From a virus, in IMG/VR virus record IMGVR_UViG_3300042891_000377, positions 32,001 through 96,000 of that record: a stretch of 64,000 bases of DNA; one strand, 5' to 3'. The position numbers and the translations under genes were made by a program. Positions within the stretch are counted from its first letter, which is position 1. Every line of letters starts with the position of its first letter. Under the pieces are notes generated by a model, which worked only from the letters and a program-made list of their open reading frames with translations, searched no databases and was not told the DNA's origin. Of the stretch, positions 29,216-39,162 are shown in pieces.

Positions 29216-29766
29216 AACATTATTCCTTGTGTTAGTAATACAATGCCTACAGCCGCTAGGCCAAAGCTACCCCAGAACATTAGCATACTAGCAGCAAGGA
29301 TACTAGCTGATAATAGAACAATGCTTAACTGGAACGCAGTGCTGGCATAACCAATCCACGGTAGTTGTGTTTTATAGTGATCACGATCTGCTTCTAACTG
29401 TTTAGCCTGTTTAAATAACTCTGGCTTACCTTCTGCGCCTTGATCATATGATAGAGCTTTTAGGTGATGATGTTCTGCTAGCTTTTTATCACCACGAGCA
29501 TTAGCTTCTTGCCCAGCTAGTTCATAGCTAGTTTGTTTAATACTTTTAGCTTGGTAGAATACCCATAGGTCATTGGCCTGTATGGTATTGTTCATTACTT
29601 TGCTGTTCAGACTACCTTGGAACCACATGGTAAATGCCAGTAAGGCTGCAAAGACATTAATTACTAATCCTGCTTTGCTTTTGATCATACTATCAGCGGT
29701 TTCTTTCTCGCCACCTTTCTCTTCGTTTTTGCGTATCATTTTGATTACTGTATCGTGTAATGCCAT
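29206..29766 (-). CDS. DUF4337-like membrane protein
   Basis: ANDLW.FYQAKSIK, FQLSIVL.SASIL; three TMs. Confidence 0.65.
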   Translation of the reverse strand: MALHDTVIKMIRKNEEKGGEKETADSMIKSKAGLVINVFAALLAFTMWFQGSLNSKVMNNTIQANDLWVFYQAKSIKQTSYELAGQEANARGDKKLAEHHHLKALSYDQGAEGKPELFKQAKQLEADRDHYKTQLPWIGYASTAFQLSIVLLSASILAASMLMFWGSFGLAAVGIVLLTQGIMLWM

Positions 29767-30542
29767 TATCCATTGTCTCCGTTTTTCCAACGCTCTAATA
29801 TAGCCGCATAGCGTGTAATGCTGTGATTAGTAAAGAAGTTAATTTCTCGACGTTTAAGTCCTACTACAAATCCGCGCCATACGTCTTTAGTTACCTGCCA
29901 TGCTGTTGGAGCACGTAAATGACCATAGTGATTCATATAGTACATACCACCAAAGTGTTTGTATGGCCAGGGCGGAACACGTGCTACAATATCAGCATTG
30001 TTGACGAATCGGAAATGTAGTACACCTGTTGCTTCAATTTTCTTAATGTAATTTTTAGTGCCTACTTTTGGACTACCATAGGTAAACAAAGCCTGTGGAC
30101 TAGGACAGTCTTCTGAATACTGTAGACGGTACGCAACCAATGTGGCCATTGCGGCTCCTAGACTGTGTCCAGTACACCATACTGTACGTGTCTTACCATG
30201 ATCGTCGGCTAGGTCTTTTAGTTTAGGCCAAATGTTATCTACACTTTCTTTAAATCCACGATGGATCCATTTTACACCCGAGTCGCTTTTTACTGGACGA
30301 GCTTTTAGGTCACTGGCAATATCAGCAAACTCTGTAGGCTGTGTACCACGGCAGGCAATAATCAGATCAGTTTTGTTTTCTAACCAGTACGCTTGACTAC
30401 CTTTGATATCTATTAAGGTTGATTTAAACCCAAGTTCTTTAAATGCCGCTTTACCTTCCTTTTCATCCAAGTAAGCAAGTTCGCTAATTTTAGCAAATAG
30501 CCAGGCTTGTTCCGGAAACGCTCGCATGTTTATTGCAGACAT
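29766..30542 (-). CDS. Lipase, class 3
   Basis: CRGT, HRGF, TGHSLGAAMA (GxSxG), YGSPKVG, NNADIV.RVP. Confidence 0.9.
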   Translation of the reverse strand: MSAINMRAFPEQAWLFAKISELAYLDEKEGKAAFKELGFKSTLIDIKGSQAYWLENKTDLIIACRGTQPTEFADIASDLKARPVKSDSGVKWIHRGFKESVDNIWPKLKDLADDHGKTRTVWCTGHSLGAAMATLVAYRLQYSEDCPSPQALFTYGSPKVGTKNYIKKIEATGVLHFRFVNNADIVARVPPWPYKHFGGMYYMNHYGHLRAPTAWQVTKDVWRGFVVGLKRREINFFTNHSITRYAAILERWKNGDNG

Positions 30543-30694
30543 AATACTACTCCTATAAGAATTCCAAAAAATACACCAACGGCAAAGGCTTTGAACATAT
30601 CTATGTCATCCCATACTGCTTGTTTCTTAAGCCATGCTTTTGTATGTGCTGGTAAGCTGTTGTGCCATCGTTCTAATTTAGTAGGTTCAAACAT
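30530..30694 (-). CDS. Small membrane protein (54 aa, not in ORF track)
   Basis: MFEPTKLERWHNSLPAHTKAWLKKQAVWDD...VGVFFGILIGVVLCLQ; coupled to both neighbours. Confidence 0.6.
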   Translation of the reverse strand: MFEPTKLERWHNSLPAHTKAWLKKQAVWDDIDMFKAFAVGVFFGILIGVVLCLQ

Positions 30695-30975
30695 TAATCT
30701 CTCCGAGCGTCGTGTTTGCCATCTGCGCGACTAATACGGTCTACATCTGGACGTAGGCCTAGTGCGTTAGATACTACTGTATCGATACGTATAACGTCAT
30801 GGTTCATTGTTTTAACACGATTGTCTAATGCTGTGATGATACCGGCCATGCCTTTGATACTGCCAAGCACGCCTTGTAATAGTAATTTAATTGTAAGGTA
30901 AACAAAGTACCCGCCGGCTAATGCCATTGCAACGGGGAAGCCTAAATCGCCAATTAGTTTGAAAATATCGCCCAT
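30694..30975 (-). CDS. Small membrane protein (GFP-motif TM plus coiled coil)
   Basis: LGFPVAMA TM, LDNRVKTMNHDVIR; AAGGAG RBS. Confidence 0.7.
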   Translation of the reverse strand: MGDIFKLIGDLGFPVAMALAGGYFVYLTIKLLLQGVLGSIKGMAGIITALDNRVKTMNHDVIRIDTVVSNALGLRPDVDRISRADGKHDARRD

Positions 30976-31020
30976 TAACTACTCCTTGAATTTTGTTATT
31001 ATTATACTAGTATTTATAGA

Positions 31021-31055
31021 TTTTGGTTGACTTTTTGATTAGATGACTGTATAAT
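31021..31055 (+). repeat. Repeated early-promoter cassette, copy 1
   Basis: TTTTGGTTGACT-N17-TATAAT. Confidence 0.8.
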
Positions 31056-31064
31056 CATAAAACT

Positions 31065-31364
31065 ATGAGAATAACTAAACTAAATGGTCGATTCAACGCT
31101 AACAAAAAATGGGGTTATACTTATTCTATAACCTTTAATGGCTTTGATTGGAAAAGATTCTACGCATTTAAAGCACAGGCCAAGGCAATGTTTGGTGATA
31201 GCATTGAGATGAAAAAGTCTTTTTTATGGCGAGAAGATACTGTTTTGTTGCGTTCAGCTCCTTGGGCGTTCCATTATGGCAAATCATCAAAGCCTATGAT
31301 GATATACTTTCGCGACAAGACTGACATGGAACAGTGTGTGATGATGTTTGCTTTGACATCTTAA
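31065..31364 (+). CDS. Hypothetical early protein
   Basis: ORF directly behind promoter copy 1. Confidence 0.6.
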   Translation: MRITKLNGRFNANKKWGYTYSITFNGFDWKRFYAFKAQAKAMFGDSIEMKKSFLWREDTVLLRSAPWAFHYGKSSKPMMIYFRDKTDMEQCVMMFALTS

Positions 31365-31366
31365 TA

Positions 31367-31433
31367 TTTTGGTTGACTTTTGAGTAAGTAGGCTGTATAA
31401 TGCTATACATAAACTAACAACACGGAGCAATAA
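31367..31433 (+). repeat. Early-promoter/RBS cassette, copy 2
   Basis: TTGACT 31373, TATAAT 31396, leader ending GGAGCAATAA. Confidence 0.8.
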
Positions 31434-31718
31434 ATGGCATACGTAGTCTACAACAAAGAAACAACTAAAACAATACGAGCTAAAGCATATGGTAAAGAGT
31501 ATTATGCCACAGAAGCTGCCGCTAAAGCGTTCTTAACACGTATGACCAAAATGGGCTATCGTAAAGAAGACTTTGCCGTAGCAGAAATCAGTGACTTCCG
31601 TGCTAACATTGAAAAGTATGAAACAGTTACTAACTTAATGTCAGGTAAACCTGTTCGCCAAAGCGTGAATACTCCATTGAGTTGTGATGTTAGCTCAGAA
31701 ACATATTGGAGTATGTAA
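31434..31718 (+). CDS. Hypothetical early protein
   Basis: GGAG RBS; C-terminal NTPLSCDVSSETYWSM. Confidence 0.7.
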   Translation: MAYVVYNKETTKTIRAKAYGKEYYATEAAAKAFLTRMTKMGYRKEDFAVAEISDFRANIEKYETVTNLMSGKPVRQSVNTPLSCDVSSETYWSM

Positions 31719-31720
31719 GA

Positions 31721-31788
31721 TTTTGGTTGACTTTTTGGTTAAATGACTGTATAATGTTACACATACACTAACAACACAGGAGCAATAA
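31721..31788 (+). repeat. Early-promoter/RBS cassette, copy 3
   Basis: TTGACT 31727, TATAAT 31750, leader ending GGAGCAATAA. Confidence 0.8.
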
Positions 31789-32109
31789 ATGGACTTTCAA
31801 GCTATTCACAATGAAGCACAAACAGCAGCAACTAACGCTCAAAATGCATTTCTTAAAACATACGGCGAAATGGCCTACTGTGGTTTTGCCTGGGTTAATG
31901 TTTATGTAGATCGTACTAACTCAACAGAAGCTAAGGGTTTACTTGGTGTTGGCTTTAAGAAAGACTACCGTCCTAAATGTTTAAACTTGTGGAGCCCAGG
32001 TAACTACCATGGTCAGAGCATGGATGTGTTAGAAGAAGGTGCTCGTGCTTATGCAGAAGTACTGACTAAATATGGCTTTCGTGCTTATGCTGGTAGCCGT
32101 GCAGACTAG
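31789..32109 (+). CDS. Hypothetical early protein (CGFAWV motif)
   Basis: AGGAG RBS; ORF track. Confidence 0.7.
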   Translation: MDFQAIHNEAQTAATNAQNAFLKTYGEMAYCGFAWVNVYVDRTNSTEAKGLLGVGFKKDYRPKCLNLWSPGNYHGQSMDVLEEGARAYAEVLTKYGFRAYAGSRAD

Positions 32110-32163
32110 TATGAAAGTTATTAATACATTGACAGCGTCATTAAATACTAGTATAATAGTTTT

Positions 32164-33198
32164 ATGAATACTAAACGCATAGGCTTTGCTTGTAAGTGGA
32201 TCGATAGCCCAGATCAGGTTAATGGTATCAAACCGTTAGATGATGCTAAACAGTATAACACTGGCAGTACAACAGTAGCATGGCTTAACCGCCAAACTAA
32301 GGAAGTTGCCGAAGAAAAACTATGGGACCTAATGGTAGGTAACATAGAATCAACCCGTAAGTTAGTAGAAAGAATTGGAACATTAAATGGCAACCTTAGG
32401 ATGGTTCGTATCAGCTCTGATATATTACCAGTATACACTCAGTCTGATTGGAGTTATTTTTGGCGCAAGCCTGATGTCGTTAGTTATTGCGAGCAGGCCT
32501 TGGGTAAGGTGGGTGAGCTTGCTCGTAGGCTTGATGTGCGCTTATCTTTTCACCCGGGTCAATTCACTGTACTTGCAAGTGATAATGACGACATTGTTCA
32601 CAGAAGTATAGAAGAATTCGAGTACCATGCGGACATGATTCGTTGGATGGGCTATGGTCAAAAATTCCAAGACTTTAAATGTAACGTACACATCGCAGGT
32701 CGTCGTGGCGCACAGGGCATACGCGATGTATACCCCCGACTAAGTGTTGAAGCACGTAATACCTTAACTATCGAAAATGAGGAGATGAAACATGGACTTG
32801 TGGATTGCCTTGAGCTTTATGATCTTGTGCCAATTGTGCTTGATATACATCATCATTGGGTCCGAGAGGGAGAATATATCTCAAGTAATGACCCAAGAGT
32901 TGCGAAGGTTATTGAAAGTTGGCGTGGCGTGCGTCCTGCTTGTCATTACAGCGTATCTCGTGAAGACGTATTGGTTGGGCACGATACTAGCGTTGCCCCT
33001 GACTACCAACAGCTATTAGAATCTGGCTACAAGAAAAGTAAAATGCGAGCACACAGTGACTTCTATTGGAACACTGTGGTTAACGATTGGGCATTAGAAC
33101 ACCTGGCATGGGCTGACATTATGTGCGAGGCTAAGGGTAAGAATCTTGCGTCATTTGCCTTGTATGAACGTGCTAAAGAGTTAGGCTTAACTAGTTAG
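32164..33198 (+). CDS. uvsE: UV-damage endonuclease UvsE/UvdE
   Basis: RIGFACK, RISSD, RLSFHPGQF, IENEE, LDIHHH, HSD, MCEAK.K. Confidence 0.9.
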   Translation: MNTKRIGFACKWIDSPDQVNGIKPLDDAKQYNTGSTTVAWLNRQTKEVAEEKLWDLMVGNIESTRKLVERIGTLNGNLRMVRISSDILPVYTQSDWSYFWRKPDVVSYCEQALGKVGELARRLDVRLSFHPGQFTVLASDNDDIVHRSIEEFEYHADMIRWMGYGQKFQDFKCNVHIAGRRGAQGIRDVYPRLSVEARNTLTIENEEMKHGLVDCLELYDLVPIVLDIHHHWVREGEYISSNDPRVAKVIESWRGVRPACHYSVSREDVLVGHDTSVAPDYQQLLESGYKKSKMRAHSDFYWNTVVNDWALEHLAWADIMCEAKGKNLASFALYERAKELGLTS

Positions 33199-34437
33199 TA
33201 CTCGATGTATATCATCATAGGCTATGGCGTTATCGTCGTAGCCTATTTCTTTGAATAGAGTACGACAATTATCTAGCAGTTCTTTTGTAATAATATGCTT
33301 GAATTCACCGTAGAAATGATGGAAATTGTACTCTACGATTGGCGCTATAGCCTCTATAACCTGTTGTTTCTCTTCTGCTGTTAACGCACAGTACCAAGCA
33401 ATCTGCTGAACAACAGCTTCTGTACGTTGATCGTTGTCCTCTATTAAATCATAGCTTTCATCTATAATACCTTCAAACGTTTTAAACCCATATGACTTCA
33501 AGTAGGCTAAATTACCAACTGCACCAAGTAACATGAATGGTTGCTTCATTACAATTGGTTTAAATATCTTTTCAGTTAAGTGTAGTTTGTTGTAATAAAA
33601 TACTGTTTCGGTAACTATGTGCCACAAGCTGTCATTAGTGCAACGTGGGATATCTGCACTAGCTAACCCAGGTATATACTTGTTATCAATAATTAATGGG
33701 GTACTAGGTAAATGTAATTTAATATGATCAACAGCTTTAGTTGATAACTTTGTATTACTATCGGCAATTTCTTCTTGCCATGTTGCTTGTTCGGTTGCTA
33801 GTCCAAAACTAATTTGCCCGTGTTCTAACAATAATTCTTCAGCTAATTTGCTTACAAAGTAGCAACGATAGCTACGATCATTACTTACTAATCGATTAAA
33901 TGTAATATAGTCGTATTTGTATTCTTTAATTACCTGCTTATTATAATTTAACGCATAAAATCCTCGATACCAATCTAATGCCGCAAACCCGTGAAAGAAG
34001 TAATATAGCAATCGTGCATTGTATTTTTTAGCATAGTGATCGGCTAATTCAGATATTTCACTGGTGACAATAGTTTTCTGCTTGTGTACATAAGATAAAT
34101 TATTGATCCCAAAATTTAAAACTTCTTGCGAAACAACTGGGAAATTGTAAGGATGCGAATTGGTGTTATTAAATTCAATTATTTCATCTGCTGTATATTT
34201 ACTTGGATAATCAAATACTTTAAGATAATCATCTGTTAGTTTATTTAATAACGGTTCCTGATCGTAAAAGAAGATTTTTTCTGTCACACATATAGTACGG
34301 GTAAATAATATTATATCATTGATAGTTATTTGCTCTGCATTGGTACTAATAGTTCCGCCGCTAGGGCAATGATATAAATCAAAATCTTTAAACAGTTCTT
34401 GATATAAAAATTCGTATACATGATCAACTTGGAGCAT
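33187..34437 (-). CDS. Glycosyltransferase-like protein
   Basis: IVTETVF...LTEKIFKPI..KQPF..G..L.YLKSYGFKTF...DESYD; paralog of 39163-40167. Confidence 0.55.
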   Translation of the reverse strand: MLQVDHVYEFLYQELFKDFDLYHCPSGGTISTNAEQITINDIILFTRTICVTEKIFFYDQEPLLNKLTDDYLKVFDYPSKYTADEIIEFNNTNSHPYNFPVVSQEVLNFGINNLSYVHKQKTIVTSEISELADHYAKKYNARLLYYFFHGFAALDWYRGFYALNYNKQVIKEYKYDYITFNRLVSNDRSYRCYFVSKLAEELLLEHGQISFGLATEQATWQEEIADSNTKLSTKAVDHIKLHLPSTPLIIDNKYIPGLASADIPRCTNDSLWHIVTETVFYYNKLHLTEKIFKPIVMKQPFMLLGAVGNLAYLKSYGFKTFEGIIDESYDLIEDNDQRTEAVVQQIAWYCALTAEEKQQVIEAIAPIVEYNFHHFYGEFKHIITKELLDNCRTLFKEIGYDDNAIAYDDIHRVLTS

Positions 34438-34439
34438 TA

Positions 34440-35678
34440 ATGTCATCTCAATTAAAAACAGTAGGATTCATTGGAATCGGCAAACTTGGCCTAGCCTGCG
34501 CAGAAGTAATGTCAACTCATTATGATGTTACTGGCTATGATATTTACCCACGTACCAGTGACAAGATAGCAATATCTGATACTTTAGAAGGAGCAGTAAC
34601 AGGTAAGGATGTTATCTTTGTTGCAGTACAAACTCCCCACGATCCAATCTATGATGGATCACAACCAATTACACATTTGCCAAACAAAGACTTTGATTAC
34701 ACTATTGTAAATCAAGTATTGGCAGATATTAATCAATATGTTACACAGGACCAACTTGTGGTACTAATTTCAACAGTGCTACCTGGTACTACACGCAGGG
34801 AACTGCGTAAACATATTACCAACGCACGTTTTATCTATAATCCTTATCTAATTGCCATGGGCAGTGTTGAGTGGGATATGGTTAATCCTGAGATGGTTAT
34901 TGTTGGTACAGAAGACGGTAGCTTAACTGGTGATGCGCAATTACTTAAAGACTTCTACGCACCCCTTATGGAAAACGATCCGCGCTACGCTATTGGCACT
35001 TGGGATGAAGCAGAAGCAATTAAGATTTTCTACAACACATTTATTTCAACTAAAATTGGTTTGGTAAACATGATACAGGACGTTGCTATGAAAAGTGGTA
35101 ATATAAATGTAGATGTAGTAACAGATGCATTATCAAATGCAACCATGCGTATTATCAGTAAGAAATATCTAACAGCGGGCATGGGCGATGCAGGACCATG
35201 TCATCCACGTGATAACATTGCGCTACGTTGGCTAGCTGAGAATTTAGACCTAGGCTACGATATTTTTGACACTGTAATGCATGCTAGAGAAAAGCAAGCA
35301 GAAAATCTAGCAGTATACTTAACTGATTTAGCTGACGAACATAACTTGCCAATTGTTATCCATGGTAAGGCATATAAGCCTGATGTAGATATGTTAGATG
35401 GTAGTTATAGTTTATTAATTGGGCATTATCTTGAAGAACTTAAAGTTGAGTTTTCGTATAGCGATCCACTAACAGGCGATCACGTAGAAAATGGCAAAGA
35501 TGCTGTGATATTATTAGCACACAATCGTCAGATTACCTATGGATATACCGGCGAACTGCCCGAACAACAACTATACTTTACTCCCGGTACTAACAGCATT
35601 ATCTTAGATCCATGGCGTAAATTTGAAAGTCTAAACTATCAAGTAATTCACTACGGAAATACTCGTGGTCAGTATTAA
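34440..35678 (+). CDS. UDP-glucose/GDP-mannose dehydrogenase family
   Basis: GIGKLG, AVQTP, STVLPGT, EAIK..YN, GPCHPRD, AYKP. Confidence 0.88.
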   Translation: MSSQLKTVGFIGIGKLGLACAEVMSTHYDVTGYDIYPRTSDKIAISDTLEGAVTGKDVIFVAVQTPHDPIYDGSQPITHLPNKDFDYTIVNQVLADINQYVTQDQLVVLISTVLPGTTRRELRKHITNARFIYNPYLIAMGSVEWDMVNPEMVIVGTEDGSLTGDAQLLKDFYAPLMENDPRYAIGTWDEAEAIKIFYNTFISTKIGLVNMIQDVAMKSGNINVDVVTDALSNATMRIISKKYLTAGMGDAGPCHPRDNIALRWLAENLDLGYDIFDTVMHAREKQAENLAVYLTDLADEHNLPIVIHGKAYKPDVDMLDGSYSLLIGHYLEELKVEFSYSDPLTGDHVENGKDAVILLAHNRQITYGYTGELPEQQLYFTPGTNSIILDPWRKFESLNYQVIHYGNTRGQY

Positions 35679-36183
35679 TATTGATCCTTTCTGGGATGAT
35701 AGTTTTAAACAATTAGATTATGCTGTAGAAGCATTTAATAATCCCGCGGACACAGCACAATGGATGGAGCAAGGATATCCGGGTAAGTTCACTGGTGCTA
35801 TGTGCGACATGCGCAGACCACAGCCAGTTTGGAATCCTATGTTTGTTAAATACTTTAACCGTCTTGGCTGGCAGGATGTAGGCACAAGTTACTATCGCAT
35901 GAGCAGTGGTACTATATTACCAGTTCACCAAGATACTTATAAACGATACATAGAGTTGTTTGACCTCACAGGTCGAGAACATACTATATATCGTGCTATA
36001 GTGTTCTTAGAGGATTGGGCTAGTGGACACTATTTAGAAATTGATGGTGAGCCAATTATTAAGTGGACGGCAGGCGATGTAGTTACATGGTGTTACGATA
36101 CACCGCACATGGCAGCAAACATGGGATTGACTCCTAGATACACATTACAGATAACAGGGCATATAGATGAAGATAAGCAGTAG
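35665..36183 (+). CDS. 2OG-Fe(II)/cupin oxygenase-like protein
   Basis: PVHQD, H..AN.G..PRYTLQIT. Confidence 0.6.
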   Translation: MVSINIDPFWDDSFKQLDYAVEAFNNPADTAQWMEQGYPGKFTGAMCDMRRPQPVWNPMFVKYFNRLGWQDVGTSYYRMSSGTILPVHQDTYKRYIELFDLTGREHTIYRAIVFLEDWASGHYLEIDGEPIIKWTAGDVVTWCYDTPHMAANMGLTPRYTLQITGHIDEDKQ

Positions 36184-37081
36184 CAATGAATGGGGCAAGT
36201 TAAAAAGTATAGTAGTAGGTTCAGCAACCTACGCTAACTGGCCTAGTAATGATCCTGTATTCTCACAAGAACATTTAAAAACAGCATGGCACGAAACTCC
36301 TGTACCAAGTGGCCCTGTGCCGCAATGGATCGTTGATGAGGCAAATGAAGATTTAGATGAGCTCGCTGGAGTATTAATTAAGTTAGGTATAGAAGTATTT
36401 CGTCCCAATGAAATGAATTTTGTTGAACGTGAAGGCATGTACAATTATTGTCCACGTGATAGATTGTTAATTGCAGGTAGCTGTGTTATCGATCCTGCCA
36501 TGATGTATCCTTGCCGTGACCAAGAAATTGAAACATTAGATTTTGTACTTGGAAACGCAAGCGCAGTAATGCCTATGCCACGCGGCCAAGGTATGATTAT
36601 GGACGCGGCCAACGTGTGTAGACTTGGTAAAACATGGTTATACTTACTAAGTGACAGCGGTAATCAACAGGCATTAGATTGGTTGCGTAAAAAATTGCCA
36701 CACATTAATATTGAAGCATGTAACTTTTACAATGGTGTACACATCGACAGTACAATTGTTCCGTTGCGTGAAGGATTTGTTGTACTCAATGCCAGCAGGG
36801 TAACACCGGATAATTGCCCTAAGGCCTTTGATGGTTGGACTAAACTTTGGGTAACTGACGTAGAAGCACAAAGTTTTCATGAATACCCCTATGCTAGTAA
36901 ATGGATTGGATTGAATATGTTAAGCATAGATCCTAATACAGTAATTGTTGATCGAGCACAGTATAGACTTATAGAAGACTTGGAACGTGCAGGCTTTGTA
37001 ACAATTCCATTACAATTAAGACATAGTAGAACACTTGGTGGTGGATTCCATTGTGTGACTCTTGATTTAGTTAGAGATTAG
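36167..37081 (+). CDS. Amidinotransferase (glycine/inosamine amidinotransferase family)
   Basis: NEWG.LK.IVVG, CPRD, DAAN, HIDST, LGGGFHCVT. Confidence 0.88.
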   Translation: MKISSSNEWGKLKSIVVGSATYANWPSNDPVFSQEHLKTAWHETPVPSGPVPQWIVDEANEDLDELAGVLIKLGIEVFRPNEMNFVEREGMYNYCPRDRLLIAGSCVIDPAMMYPCRDQEIETLDFVLGNASAVMPMPRGQGMIMDAANVCRLGKTWLYLLSDSGNQQALDWLRKKLPHINIEACNFYNGVHIDSTIVPLREGFVVLNASRVTPDNCPKAFDGWTKLWVTDVEAQSFHEYPYASKWIGLNMLSIDPNTVIVDRAQYRLIEDLERAGFVTIPLQLRHSRTLGGGFHCVTLDLVRD

Positions 37082-37142
37082 CGCATTCTGTTAATGTGTT
37101 TAATTAAGATTTAACTAAATATTTGTAACATTTGGATATATC

Positions 37143-37874
37143 ATGACCAATAGCTTCGCGAGCTACACACAGGCCTCACTTAATGCTTTGCAATTTAATC
37201 TTAAAAGTCAAGATGCGATTAATAAAAAGCAAGAGATACTAACCGGCATTGCTGCCCACTATAAATCTAACCCCACAAGTATATTATTTGTTGGGTTTAG
37301 TCCATTAATGTTAGGGGTAACTTACAAACAGATATTTGTCACTAACATAACCGCTGAAACAAAAAATTACCTTGATGCTAGCGACATTAAATACACATAT
37401 ATAGATACAAAGGATTTACCAGGATATAAGAAACAATTCTCCTGGGTAGTAGCAGGTGATGAATATTTTACCTTTGCTAACACAGAAGAAGAGCAACAGA
37501 CTAGTGTAGAAATAATTGCTAGTCTGGCTAAAGATTTAATAGTCACAACATTACGTGATTATAAAAATCAAAACTTTAAAGACCGTGAGTTTAGCCAACC
37601 ACAGGCAGTTTATAATCACAGTGATAGTTTAGTATTTTTAGAATATCACAAATATGATTATTCAGATAAAAATGCCTGGGCAACAACAGTATATGAAATG
37701 CAAGATACTAAAACACAATCTTATGGTCCGTTTAGTCGTCGAGCAATGTTTTTTAAACAGTTAGCAAAGTTTAGTATCGATGCTGGTGCTAAACAGTTTT
37801 ATGTACACAAGGATTTAATGTACAAAAGTCTTATACGTAGAAACTATGAGCATGTAATATCAATTTCAATTTAA
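37143..37874 (+). CDS. Hypothetical protein (possibly degenerate methyltransferase fold)
   Basis: 243-aa ORF; ILFVG segment only weakly suggestive. Confidence 0.5.
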   Translation: MTNSFASYTQASLNALQFNLKSQDAINKKQEILTGIAAHYKSNPTSILFVGFSPLMLGVTYKQIFVTNITAETKNYLDASDIKYTYIDTKDLPGYKKQFSWVVAGDEYFTFANTEEEQQTSVEIIASLAKDLIVTTLRDYKNQNFKDREFSQPQAVYNHSDSLVFLEYHKYDYSDKNAWATTVYEMQDTKTQSYGPFSRRAMFFKQLAKFSIDAGAKQFYVHKDLMYKSLIRRNYEHVISISI

Positions 37875-37892
37875 AGTTTTTCAAGTGAGTAT

Positions 37893-39161
37893 ATGGATAT
37901 CAACGAACAATTACAGCCCATTGTCGCCGGGCTAATAGACAATCTCAAAGTATCAATTGAGCAAGAACTGCATGATAAAGTCAGTGCCGAAGTAATTAAA
38001 AAAATTGCCAGTACTGAACTTGATACAGTAGTTGACAGTCTTGTTAAAAAACAAATTGGCGATCGCCTTGATAAATTTAACTTTGCCGATACCAGCAGAG
38101 AACAACTAACAGCACAAATTGCTAAGATCACAGCTGATGTCAATAAAACTGTCATTGACAAAGCCAATGTACAGATCACACAAGAAATAAAAAAACAACT
38201 TGCTACCCTTGATCTTAATTTAATAGTTAACGAAATTGTTAAATCTAAATTACTCGAGCTGATTAAACTACATAATTTTCCAGAAAGAAGCATAGCGCAC
38301 ACTGCTATAAATTTACAAGGTTTCAATTTATCCGGTGATGCTATAAATGGTGGCATTATACAAAACTTTGGCAGTACTGGTATAGAAGACCGTGCTAGTT
38401 TTGTACAACTTACCCTTATGGATCATGCCTGTGCATTTGAAGGTCCTGTGTTTGCACCAAGTGCAAAGATCACAGGTGACCTAACAGTAGATGGCACCTT
38501 AACACTCAATGGCACTGTTTTGGAATCAAGTCCAGGCTTTGCACAGTTAGTTGATGCCGCGGGTAATGCAGTTGTTGGAAAACTTGACACCCAATTGTTT
38601 ACAGGATTCAGTGATATAGTATTTGGTAGAATACAAGAAACTGGAATTGACCTAGATAAGATTACACAAGGCGGTAAAGAAATTGTTAAGGGACCACAAT
38701 TAGGCTATCACATTGTTGACAGTAACCTGCAACGTGTGGGTGTGGTCAAAGATCTACAAACATCAGGTGAGAACTTACTAAGCGATACCTTATATGTTAC
38801 ACAGCGCAGGGTTGGTGTCAACACCATGGACCCGAGTGCTGTGTTTGCAGTATGGGACGAAGAAGTTGAAATGATTGTAGCCAAACGTAAACAGGACACT
38901 GGCTACATCGGAACGGCACGTAAACAACAACTTACACTTGGCAGTAATAACAAAGAAAATATTATCCTTGACACTGACGGTAGTGTTAAGGTTGAGAACT
39001 TAGTTGTGGGTCGTGTTGCAATGACATCAGCTACAGCAGTTCCAAACTATGCCGGAGAAATGGCACAGATTGTCTACAATGAATTACCTGCACCCGGTAG
39101 TCCAATTGGATGGGTATGTATTGGTGGTTCAAGATGGGCTAAGTTTGGTATAATAGAATAA
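37893..39161 (+). CDS. Hypothetical protein (helical N-terminus, beta-rich C-terminus)
   Basis: 422-aa ORF with typical codon use. Confidence 0.6.
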   Translation: MDINEQLQPIVAGLIDNLKVSIEQELHDKVSAEVIKKIASTELDTVVDSLVKKQIGDRLDKFNFADTSREQLTAQIAKITADVNKTVIDKANVQITQEIKKQLATLDLNLIVNEIVKSKLLELIKLHNFPERSIAHTAINLQGFNLSGDAINGGIIQNFGSTGIEDRASFVQLTLMDHACAFEGPVFAPSAKITGDLTVDGTLTLNGTVLESSPGFAQLVDAAGNAVVGKLDTQLFTGFSDIVFGRIQETGIDLDKITQGGKEIVKGPQLGYHIVDSNLQRVGVVKDLQTSGENLLSDTLYVTQRRVGVNTMDPSAVFAVWDEEVEMIVAKRKQDTGYIGTARKQQLTLGSNNKENIILDTDGSVKVENLVVGRVAMTSATAVPNYAGEMAQIVYNELPAPGSPIGWVCIGGSRWAKFGIIE

Positions 39162-39162
39162 T

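Noticed and set aside
31021-31790. CRISPR array from the ~35-nt repeats
   Set aside because: Repeats are imperfect sigma70 promoters separated by whole genes (~350 nt); no cas genes
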